Shown here: piece by piece, positions 9,001 to 17,400 of the stretch
How the letters are laid out: every line of letters starts with the position of its first letter
Numbering within the stretch: position 1 is the first letter of the stretch
Source of the DNA: Oleiphilus messinensis
GTDB taxonomy: Bacteria > Pseudomonadota > Gammaproteobacteria > Pseudomonadales > Oleiphilaceae
Reading direction: 5' to 3'
Assembly: GCF_002162375.1 (NCBI RefSeq)
Contig: NZ_CP021425.1
Location: 3,014,766 to 3,046,765, forward strand
DNA length: 32,000 nucleotides
Notes under the pieces: generated by a model
Databases searched by the model: none
Told to the model about the DNA's origin: nothing
Seen by the model: the letters and a program-made list of their open reading frames with translations, nothing else
Position numbers and translations under genes: made by a program

Positions 9001-9620
9001 CAGGCTGTTTTGTCTTTGACTCCGGTGGCATTGTTTTGCGCGTATTTATCCTCGATATCGGTAAGCGACATATCCGAATAGGCCAGTTCGAAGTTGTCAC
9101 TACTCTGATACCGAATCTGTTCCGGGGTAGGGTAGTAGCTGTATAGAATTGGGTGCCGATCGATCAGTGCCTTGATAGCCTCTGACAGTGCTTTTGGATC
9201 GAGCGGGCCATCAATAAGCAGAGCCGCGGGCATATTGTATTCGTTCCCGCCATCTTCGAGCTCGTTCAGGAACCACAGTCTACGCTGTCCGAATGACAGG
9301 GGGGCGGGGGAGGCACTCTCTGGAGTTGACGATATGAAGTTCGAACGCGGGATGAAACGATCTGCTGCTGGCTGATCTTTTTCAGTCCGGTTTGATCGTG
9401 ATAACGCTCGCAAGTGTTCCAGTAGTTCGGGTTTTCGAGCACGGATAACATCTACACAGCGGTTCAGTATCTTCGGCTCAAGGTTTTCTGCTGCGGATAC
9501 AGACAGTTTATCCTGGTTCAAGGCTACACAGATATCCAAATCCGATAACTGTTTCAGCAGATCTTGAACCGGCAAGGAACAGAGTTCCGAAAAATGGGTA
9601 TCTGCGGGCTCCAAAGGCAT
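5997..9620 (-). CDS. Non-ribosomal peptide synthetase module, N-terminal docking domain-C-A-PCP, 1207 aa
   Basis: ORF from ATG at 9620 to TGA at 5999-5997. The N-terminal ~75 aa resemble a TubC-type docking domain. C domain is aa ~105-545 (LSFGQRRLWFL; HHIITDGWS at 249-257). A domain is aa ~585-1080 (FTSGSTGKPKG, NFYGPTE, YRTGDL, GRADFQVKIRGFRVEL, NGKVDRKAL). PCP has FFDAGGHSLL with Ser1138. The protein ends in an Arg-rich tail. Confidence 0.93.
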   Translation of the reverse strand: MPLEPADTHFSELCSLPVQDLLKQLSDLDICVALNQDKLSVSAAENLEPKILNRCVDVIRARKPELLEHLRALSRSNRTEKDQPAADRFIPRSNFISSTPESASPAPLSFGQRRLWFLNELEDGGNEYNMPAALLIDGPLDPKALSEAIKALIDRHPILYSYYPTPEQIRYQSSDNFELAYSDMSLTDIEDKYAQNNATGVKDKTAWIKDLARTEANTPFNLKTGPVFRARLYKTDSVGQQHTLLLTLHHIITDGWSIGLMVRELSDLYSQYESGDAHEHEKLTPLAITYDDYTRWQHGQYRDHILPKQFEWWRAALAGAPTRVEIPPDFQRPPVQTYQAAVERIIISSTDLQRLKHRAAQHHMTLYMLLMAGFGLLLNRYTGQKDLLIGSPIANRNHTELEGMLGYFVNTLPIRIQIQPQDTVSSYLERIRTFCTGAFEHQELPFEKLVEHFKPKRDLSFNPLIQTVFSLNNAPDHSPHPELKLKGLNVTPVDLDRQSVTGDLEVQLWQSKDSIDGQFVYNRALYKPETIRNLIEHYQQLLRAIGDDRYSQSHPLSLPALTQQERDILKQINPAPTPHASPKRLEQRLSEQIKQHPDHIALRFQGQSLTYGELETRSDQLSGYLQSIGVREQGTIAVLLPKGIDQIVTLVAILKCRCAYVPLDYAYPAERIAMIIEDSDAQTIITDSHCSAQSASLPVRSVVIVGNNDFSSIKQLPDEQDNPRCTIEPNTAYCIFTSGSTGKPKGVPIQHHQVMNLISGLQKTLRLTHDDIWTVYHSYSFDYSVWEIWGCLLTGGTLVIVDDEARYNPARLHELVKQEGVTLLNLTPSVWQKLIEHLTHENQFPFQLRAICCGGEALTGKLASQLQRFNLPVYNFYGPTEATVWSSLHCVQPVDCEKPHIPVGYALSNYQLHVFNDHMTEVPFGIVGELYISGTGISKGYLKRPDLNAKHFISSGDAYYRTGDLVKRDEQGNIHFLGRADFQVKIRGFRVELSEIEDRLNRIEHVTQAVVSKSDTATKHLVAYLTTTAPSPESASLSVDYLKNALRKNLPEYMIPAQYFTLPALPLNSNGKVDRKALANHPEAVLLAGIAPKNSASNQKHAAPLNATVTILEQAWFAALQRDDIQHDENFFDAGGHSLLLVDIHRDITQAGYEIKLMDLFRYTTISQQASFLDQLSLTPLSGLADRVKQQKQARSRQRRPRGMNQV
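6381..7868 (-). other. Adenylation domain, extracted specificity code DYWNCGFVWK (unassigned)
   Basis: Same hand alignment. Source strings are FDYSVWE (D,Y,W), LNLTPS (N), AICCGGE (C,G), NFYGPTEATVW (F,V,W) and NGK (K). Six of ten positions match the Thr code DFWNIGMVHK, and I know of no exact match. Confidence 0.5.
9405..9578 (-). other. N-terminal TubC-like / beta-hairpin docking domain of the NRPS
   Basis: Residues 15-72 (SLPVQDLLKQLSDLDICVALNQDKLSVSAAENLEPKILNRCVDVIRARKPELLEHLRA) precede the C domain. They fit the helix-hairpin-helix pattern LLxxLxxxGhxLxxxxxxLxhxxxxxxLxPxhxxxhxxxKxELLxxL typical of TubC-type docking domains. Confidence 0.55.
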
Positions 9621-9629
9621 ACCAATTCC

Positions 9630-12600
9630 CTATATTTCTATTTCGATACGTGCCTGTGGCTTATGATCACCTAGCACTTTAGCTAACGCGATTATGGTGG
9701 GCGCTTTAAAAAACTGGGCCACAGATAACGTAATTCCAGTTTGTTCCCGAATACGGGAAATGACTTGAGTTGCCATCAAAGAGTCGCCACCCAGATTAAA
9801 AAAGTCTTCAGTTCCATGCTTGATGCTGACTGCCAATACATCGTTGAAAATGGACGCTACAATGACTTCTTCTTCGGATGTCGCCTGGTAAGATGGCAAG
9901 GCGTATTCGGTACGGGGTTCGGTTTGATCAATAGGCTCGTAGTGTGCATTGTTATTCTCTTTTCCGTGTGTATTGTGCACAGAGGATGTGTTCTTGACGC
10001 CTGATTTTTCATTCAGGGAAAGTCGTGCCATCAAATCTTGAGTGGAAACGGCGATCTGAACCGTATTCGGCCTCTCCAGAATTGATTGGAACAGCGCTTG
10101 CCCTTCAGGGACTCTTATAGCATTGGTCGCAATTGACGATTTGTCAAAGTTGGAATGCGTGTCGGGGAAATCCCAGGCGTCCCAATTAATGGATAACCAT
10201 TGTGCCCCGTGCTCCTTGGCCAGGTGGGCAATATAATGGTCGAGTGCGCTGTTCACTGCTGCGTACATATCGAGTTGATAACCACCAAGAATGCTGGCGA
10301 GAGACGACATACAGATAACCTGGTGCACTGGCTGATTTCGGATTGCTTCGGCGATGACCTCAGCCCCTTTGACTTTGCTATGGAACAAAGCATCAAAGTC
10401 CGCTTTTAGCTCTGCGACTTCGGTCGCTCGATTAGTGAGATGTTGTACTGACTGATATTGTCTTTGCAGTACGCGCTGCATGTCCGCTGCAGCATGAATG
10501 ATTGAATTAATGTGTCCGAATCGTCTCACAGTCCTTTCAATCAGTTGTTTCATCCCGAACAATGAGCAAGTATCAACTTCCGCAGTTAATACCCGATGCA
10601 GATCTGGATCGAATACTTCTGTGTCTGGTGAAAATGTTATTGATGACAGTTTTCGTAACTGTTTCGATACATCTTCTGATGGTTTGGAGCGGTGAGCGAG
10701 TAAAACGCATACACCGGGGGTTTTAATCAGCTGTTCAGTCAGTGCTAAGGCGATTTTTCCAAACCCACCGGTTATCAAGTAGACCTGACAGTACTGTGCT
10801 TTAGTCCCAGTCTGAGTCGCGGAAACGGATGCTGTGACAGGAGGTTGTGATTTTATCTGAGCGGCTTGAGACCAAAGTGGTTGCCAGAGAAATTTGCCAC
10901 GCAGCGCAGAGATACGCGGCGATGGCTTATCCAGTAGATTAAGAAAACAGTTTGCTGCCACGCTTGAATCGATCACATCCCATGATTCTACATCCAGCTG
11001 ACATACGCAAAGATTGGGATAATTGTGCGGAGCGCCGGCGATAATACCGTTGAGTAACGCTGGGTTGGCGTCGAGGGTCTCATACCCAAGGTTTTCCTCG
11101 CCCGTGACTTCAAAGGCGCATTCGGTAATCACCAAAATGGTCGGAGTTATACCGGTCTTTAGCTGGTCTAAACGCGCCAATAGAATACTCAAGGAAACCG
11201 GGGGCAATGCATTTTCTGAATGTTGGCTTTGGAGCACTACATGAGCAGGATTATAGCCGCGCTCTTGGAGTAATAGGTAAATCTGGTCTATTTCAGTACA
11301 GGGGTCGAATCTGACTTCAAAGTGATCAGTTTCGTCTTGGCCAAAAATGGAAATCGTAGATGTCGCGATAACGATCACATGCTCGAAACTCAAGGCAAGT
11401 GCATCAACTATTGCACTCGAAGGTTGCTGTGCGAGCAATAGCACACAGGAATGACTCGATAACTTGGTTTTTCCAGCTTTCGCTACAATTCGATTGCCCC
11501 TTTGCCAATCACATTCATAAAGCCAGTGATCGATAGGTTTTCGTTCGAGCAGGCGTTTATTATCTAAATGACCCGTTCTGTCAGTATTGATAGTGTTTTG
11601 ACGCTGATCGAGAACTGGCTTGAGCTCATGGTGATGGGGTTCAAATGGGTAAGGTGGGAGTGCAATGGGACGAGTTAAATTTGCGTTACTGACGTCGTGC
11701 TCGTATGCACGCCAGTCAATGTCATATCCCATTTGCCAGAGTTTCGCCAACAAAAGTAGGAGATTATTTATTTCGTTATCCGGGTTGTTTGAACCCAGTG
11801 ATGAAATTACAACGGCGGAATTATTGACTATGCGCCTTGCGCAATGACTCAACCCTCGACCTGGTCCGACTTCAATATAGATGGGTATCGAGTCCGGCTG
11901 GCTTTTATCCAGTGATGCGAGATTGTCGGCAAAACGTACGGTGTTGCGCAAATGCATACACCAGTATTGTGGATCACAAATCGAATCGGTTGTGTGCCAG
12001 TTACCGGTAAGATTAGCCTGCAAGGCAATTTGTGGTTCAGCGATTGTGACCTGATCGAATAGAGATGAGAACGCATCCAGAACACCCGCCATCGATCGGG
12101 AATGGAAGGCATGCGAGGTGGCAAGTTTTTTAGCGGAAATACGGCGTGACGTTAAAATACACTCAAACTGTTGTATGCACTCTGCAGAACCGGCCAGAAC
12201 AGTGCCTCGGTCGTGATTAAGCACCGCGATGTCCAGGGAGGCGCCTTGCGCCGCTTCCTGCAGGAGTTGCTTACAGCTTTGCTCATCCAGGGCAACCAGA
12301 AGCATCTCGCCAGAGGGCATACTTTGCATCAGGCGCGCTCGTTCCGAAACCAGTGTTAGCGCATCTCGCAATGTAAGTGCTTCACTGAAACAGGCAGCAA
12401 CATATTCGCCCAAGCTGTGTCCCGCCAGGGCGTCGGGCTGGACGCCCCATGCCGAGAGTTGCATTGCGAGCGCATATTCGACTACAAATAGCGCGGGTTG
12501 AGTAAATTCGGTTTGATCCAGATTTTGGCTGACAGATTCAATATTGCGCTTGTTCAGCAGATTGTTTAGAAACTGGCTGACATGATGCGGAAGGATTTTC

Positions 12601-14378
12601 AGGCATTGGTCAACGGTTTCGCGAAAGGTTTGGCAATTGGCATAGAGCATTGTCCCCATCGCCAGTGTTTGGCAGCCTTGGCCCGGAAACAGGAAGCGTA
12701 TTGAGAGCGGCGATTCAGTAACTTTTTCGATGTGATCCGGATTAAGTTGGCTCAGTTGTGAGAGCGCATCTTCCCGAGTATGCGCAATCAGAGTCGCACG
12801 AAATGGCAGAGGTGCTTTTCGCCGGAGTGAGTTTGCAATGTCATGAATAGATAACTTAGGCTGTCTTTCGATGAAATGCAGTAAATCGCGGGCATAGTGC
12901 AGACAGGCGTCTTGTGTTGCAGCACTGATTTGCAAGAGGGCAGGTGCATGACTTGATTTTGTTTTAAATTCAGCGTCTTTTGCAGGATTAGATAACGTTT
13001 CAGAATCTAATGCTGACGGAGCCTCTTGGAGTATGGCATGGGCATTTGTTCCACCCATACCAAACGAACTGACCGCAGCGATTCGTGCTGCTTGACCTTC
13101 GACATCCCAATTGCGTAAGCGAGATACCACTTCAAACGGCCCCTGGGCAAATGGAATCTCCGGGTTTGCCTCAGTGTAATGCAAAGTGGGCGGCAAGGCT
13201 TTGTGTTTGAGACACAGGATCGTTTTAATCAGACCCGCAATGCCTGATGCGGCGTCAAGGTGGCCAATGTTGGCTTTGACCGACCCGATGTAGCACTTTT
13301 CAGAAACACCGGCGAAACACTGATTCAGCGCTTTGATTTCGATAGGATCGCCCAACGCGGTTCCGGTACCATGGGTTTCGATATAGCTGATGTCTTCGGG
13401 CTGTATTCCGGCAAGCTCTTGAGCATCCAGTATGACATCAGTTTGTCCTTGGACACTGGGGGCTGTGAAACCCATTTTGTCAGCACCGTCATTATTGATG
13501 GCCGTGCTTTTGATTACGGCTTGAATGTCATCGCCATCTTCAAGCGCATCTTCAAGTCGTTTCAGCACGACGATCCCGGCACCACTTCCGATCACTGTGC
13601 CGTTAGCGGATTTGTCAAAGGGAGCACAGCGACCATTGGGCGACAATATCATCCCGGATTGAAAGCGAAATCCGGTCTCCTGTGGTATCTGGAGGGAAAC
13701 GCCTCCGGCCAATGCGAGGTCACAATCTCCACTTAGCAGGCTTTGGCACGCAGTATGAACGGCGACCAGTGAGGTAGAGCACGCTGTTTGTACGGCGACA
13801 GCGGGACCCGTCAGGCCCAGCTTGTAAGCAATACGTGAGGCCAGGAAGTCTTTATCATTCAGTAATACGGCTTGATATAAATCGGCAGTATTCCGTGTAT
13901 CCGTAACCGGCAACACGCGTTTGTGGAAATAGTTTCCGAGCCCGCATCCTGCAAAAATACCGGTTTTGGGGAGTGTATCAGACTGTCCGGGGGCCAGGCC
14001 TGAGGCTTCCATGGCTTCCCAGGCGCACTCAAGCAGCAAACGATGCTGTGGATCCAGTGTTTTGGCTTCTTTGCCGGTGAACCGGAAAAGGTTGTGATCG
14101 AAGGCATAGATATTTTTCAGGCGAGCGGTACGGCGGACATAATCAGGATGGCTGTATTCAGCCTCGCTGATTCCGGCCTCGTCCAATTCAAGGTTGCTCA
14201 GCGCTTCTACGCTTTCTATACCTGAACTTAAATTTTCCCAGAAAGCAGCAGGACTATTTGCTCCGGGAAAGCGGCATGCGATTGCAATGACCGCGATGTC
14301 TTGTCCGTTGTCCGATGCCTGATTTCTGGGTTCTTGAGTTCCGCTTGTTGCCATTCCTTCCACTTTCGTCGTTTCCAT
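9630..14378 (-). CDS. Type I modular polyketide synthase, KS-AT-psiKR-KR-ACP, 1582 aa
   Basis: KS is aa 26-452 (QTACSTSLVAVH with Cys200; ETHGTGTALGDP; KANIGHLD). AT is aa 559-845 (GHSLGEY with Ser655; SHAFHS at 755-760, a malonyl-type motif). There is no HxxxGxxxxP dehydratase motif between AT and KR. KR is aa ~1197-1405 (YLITGGFGKIA, Lys1335, Tyr1372-xxx-Asn1376). ACP has LGGDSL with Ser1533. The stop TAG is at 9632-9630, 9 nt before the next start. The start is uncertain: the ATG at 14378 has no clear SD, and the in-frame Met9 at 14354 is an alternative. Confidence 0.92.
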   Translation of the reverse strand: METTKVEGMATSGTQEPRNQASDNGQDIAVIAIACRFPGANSPAAFWENLSSGIESVEALSNLELDEAGISEAEYSHPDYVRRTARLKNIYAFDHNLFRFTGKEAKTLDPQHRLLLECAWEAMEASGLAPGQSDTLPKTGIFAGCGLGNYFHKRVLPVTDTRNTADLYQAVLLNDKDFLASRIAYKLGLTGPAVAVQTACSTSLVAVHTACQSLLSGDCDLALAGGVSLQIPQETGFRFQSGMILSPNGRCAPFDKSANGTVIGSGAGIVVLKRLEDALEDGDDIQAVIKSTAINNDGADKMGFTAPSVQGQTDVILDAQELAGIQPEDISYIETHGTGTALGDPIEIKALNQCFAGVSEKCYIGSVKANIGHLDAASGIAGLIKTILCLKHKALPPTLHYTEANPEIPFAQGPFEVVSRLRNWDVEGQAARIAAVSSFGMGGTNAHAILQEAPSALDSETLSNPAKDAEFKTKSSHAPALLQISAATQDACLHYARDLLHFIERQPKLSIHDIANSLRRKAPLPFRATLIAHTREDALSQLSQLNPDHIEKVTESPLSIRFLFPGQGCQTLAMGTMLYANCQTFRETVDQCLKILPHHVSQFLNNLLNKRNIESVSQNLDQTEFTQPALFVVEYALAMQLSAWGVQPDALAGHSLGEYVAACFSEALTLRDALTLVSERARLMQSMPSGEMLLVALDEQSCKQLLQEAAQGASLDIAVLNHDRGTVLAGSAECIQQFECILTSRRISAKKLATSHAFHSRSMAGVLDAFSSLFDQVTIAEPQIALQANLTGNWHTTDSICDPQYWCMHLRNTVRFADNLASLDKSQPDSIPIYIEVGPGRGLSHCARRIVNNSAVVISSLGSNNPDNEINNLLLLLAKLWQMGYDIDWRAYEHDVSNANLTRPIALPPYPFEPHHHELKPVLDQRQNTINTDRTGHLDNKRLLERKPIDHWLYECDWQRGNRIVAKAGKTKLSSHSCVLLLAQQPSSAIVDALALSFEHVIVIATSTISIFGQDETDHFEVRFDPCTEIDQIYLLLQERGYNPAHVVLQSQHSENALPPVSLSILLARLDQLKTGITPTILVITECAFEVTGEENLGYETLDANPALLNGIIAGAPHNYPNLCVCQLDVESWDVIDSSVAANCFLNLLDKPSPRISALRGKFLWQPLWSQAAQIKSQPPVTASVSATQTGTKAQYCQVYLITGGFGKIALALTEQLIKTPGVCVLLAHRSKPSEDVSKQLRKLSSITFSPDTEVFDPDLHRVLTAEVDTCSLFGMKQLIERTVRRFGHINSIIHAAADMQRVLQRQYQSVQHLTNRATEVAELKADFDALFHSKVKGAEVIAEAIRNQPVHQVICMSSLASILGGYQLDMYAAVNSALDHYIAHLAKEHGAQWLSINWDAWDFPDTHSNFDKSSIATNAIRVPEGQALFQSILERPNTVQIAVSTQDLMARLSLNEKSGVKNTSSVHNTHGKENNNAHYEPIDQTEPRTEYALPSYQATSEEEVIVASIFNDVLAVSIKHGTEDFFNLGGDSLMATQVISRIREQTGITLSVAQFFKAPTIIALAKVLGDHKPQARIEIEI

Positions 14379-14469
14379 GCTTGTTGTTATTGTTCGGGCC
14401 AGTGTTGAGTCCGATATTGATTTTTATGAATAGTTAAGTTATGACGGAGATTGTTTAAACGGTGATTGT

Positions 14470-17400
14470 TTACGCGGTTGGCGTTTGTCTCCGCCGATTG
14501 CGCCGGTCGCTTAATCTGTTTGGCCTTGAACGTTTATTGGTCTCGACTGAATTTACAGGCGTCACGGATTCCGATGTATTTTCCTGTTTGAGTAACGAGG
14601 CCATTTGTCCAAGGGTCGGGTTGGCAAAGAGGTCTACCATGGCAATGTCTTTACCCGTGGCTCTGGTAATCCCCAGTTGGACTTTAGAGAGCAACAGAGA
14701 GTGTCCGCCAAGATCAAAAAAGTTGTCTTGTCGGCCAATACTTTGAAGACCAAGCGCACTACACCAGATTTTTGCAATTTGTGACTCTAATGGCGTGAGT
14801 GATTGCACTGCATCAGCCGTCTGATCAACTGACCAGCTTTCGAGTAACCGGTTATCAAGCTTGCCGCTACTGGTCAGCGGGATATGATCAACAACTTGTA
14901 TCAGATTCGGTTGCATGTAGTCCGTGAGCACAGCTGTCGCGAGAGATTTTAGTTCCGCAATGATCTGACTTTTAACAAAGTCTGGAGCGGGTAGGCTGGT
15001 ATTCTTCAGCACCACAAAGGCGATGATTTGCTGCAGACTTTTCCGGACAATTACGGCGCAATCCATCACGTTGTCATGGTGTTTCAAACAACTCTCGATT
15101 TCGCCGAGCTCAATTCTGTAGCCTCTGACTTTAACCTGGCTATCCTCTCTGCCGATCAGTTGAATATCACCATTGGCTAATCGGTAACCGATGTCGCCGG
15201 TACGATACACTTTTGAATCACTCAGGTTGGGCAGGTTAAGGAAGTTACGTTCAGATAACTCAGCGCGGTTAAGGTAACCTGCCGATACGCCGGGACCAGC
15301 AATGAGAATCTCGCCTTGAATTCCGGGCCCGACAGGCTGATACCAAGGGTCAACAATAAACAGTTCTGTCTGGCCGAGCGGCTGGCCAATGGGGAGTGCG
15401 CGGGTACGATCAAGTTTTTCCAGATCCGCCGAGCCAGGGGCCGCGAGTGCGGCGTCGACGCAGCACTCGGTTGGCCCGTAAACATTGAATATTTGCAACT
15501 GCGGATTATTGGACTGCACGTATTGTGCAAGTTCAACCGGAAACTGTTCACCACCGACGATTAGCGCTGCGACTGAACTCAAGTTCGGTTTAACGGCGAT
15601 AAGCTGTTGCAACAGACTGGGTGTGCAATCCGTAACGGTGATCTCGTGTTGTGCCAGGAACTCAGCGAGTTGATGCATATCCTGTCTCGCCATTTCGGGT
15701 ACAACAAACAGGTGGTGACCGTAGACCAATGAAGAGAATATCTGTTGTACTGATGCGTCAAAAACCGTGTTTGCGATAAGCGCAACCCGCTGTGGGCCGT
15801 TCAAGGTTGAATAGATTTCCTTTGCCAATGCATCGACGAGGTGAATAACCTGGCTGTGTTGCACAGGCACACCTTTGGGTTTGCCCGTAGTTCCTGAGGT
15901 GTAGATCACATAGGCTATCGCATCCGGTGCGATCTTTTCATAGTCAACAGTGCTGACGTACCCGTCCAGAGAATGATCGAGTGGGTTTGACTGGTGGTTA
16001 AGATCTAAAGAAAAAAATTCGTCCAGGTGTTCGTTTATACGCGCGTAGCTGTCGAGCTGTTTGTCCAGGATAAGGAGGCGAGCTCCCGAGTCATTCAACT
16101 GATACTTCAGGCGCTGAACAGGTTGTAGAGCATCCAGTGGCAGATAGCTGTTGCCGCTGAAGAGAATACCCAGCATGCCACAAATCATATCCGTAGTGCG
16201 TCGTGCGCATATGCCAATACGATGCCCCCGGTTTTGAAGATGACTCTGGTTTTGCAGGGGAGCATTTTCAAGGGCAGTCTGTATCTCTGAAGCAATAATG
16301 TGAGCCTTTCTCACGAGTTCTGAGTAGGTTAGAGAAGTTTGGCCATCTGATACTGCAGGTCTATTGGGGTGACGTTCTGCCTGTTTGATAATTCGGGAAA
16401 CCAGGCTGACCGGTTCCTGATTCACCGCTACTTTGTTCTTCGGGTTGAAAGAATCAAGCTCGCTTTTTGGGGCGTGTAGAGCCACCTCGGAGAGAGGTTT
16501 ATCAGGTTGACAGGCGAACTGATTCAGGATTTCGACGTAAGCAAAAGCCAATTGGCTAATCTGAAATGCCGAGAAAAGGTGATTGTCGTATTTAAGAAAC
16601 AGATTCAGGTTTGTCTCTGAATCTGCGATTTCCATGGCGAGTGGAAACTGTCCCATTTGTTGGGGTAAAAGGTAAGGGCTCAGTTTGACATCACCCCAAA
16701 GCAATTCCGGTGCATGCTCTTCCGATTCCATGAACAGTTTTATGAGTTCTGCATCCCCGGGAGGTTTTTGCATGATAAAACTGGTCTGAATAAATGTATT
16801 TTGGGTGTCTGTTCGTAATGCGCCGCTTTGTTCAATAATCAGTGTGAGGGGGTACTCTCCGTGATCCAGATTATCCAATGTAACGGCGTGTTGCGCTTGA
16901 ACATATTCCCGCACTGTAGCTTCAGCCCTGAACCGACTTTCGACGGGTACGAGATTGACGAAATTACCCACGGTACCAAGGAATCGAGAGTCAAATCGAC
17001 CGTGAATTGGGGTGCCTACGAGCACCTGTTCCTGTCGACAGACTTTATGCAGCAGGACATGGTAAGCCGACAGCATGAGCGAAAACAGCGTGACCCCACA
17101 GCGTTGTGCCTGTGCTCTTAATTGTTTATTCAATAAGTCGGGTAAACTGGTATGAAAGGCTTTACCATCGGGTGAGGGGGCGCCCCGGTTCGAGCGCATT
17201 ACCGGTAAATTAAGGGGCTCGAGCTTCCCATACCCTTTGTTTGCCCAGTATTCAGCCAGATCAGTACCTTTTTGGCTGGCAATATATTGGCGCTGTTGCT
17301 CGACAAAAAGCGGATAAGCTGTTAACTCCTCTTCTGGCTTCGCTTCTTTGTCCACCGATCCGCCGAGATGACGTTTGAGTTCTTCAATCAGGTACCAAAG

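Noticed and set aside
10790-11850. A possible dehydratase or enoylreductase in the ~330-aa AT-to-KR interdomain regions of the 1582-aa and 1999-aa PKSs (the second region is about nt 2353-3140)
   Set aside because: Neither region has an HxxxGxxxxP or DxxxQ/H motif, and neither has an ER nucleotide-binding motif. Their length and position fit the structural psiKR subdomain that normally precedes a catalytic KR.
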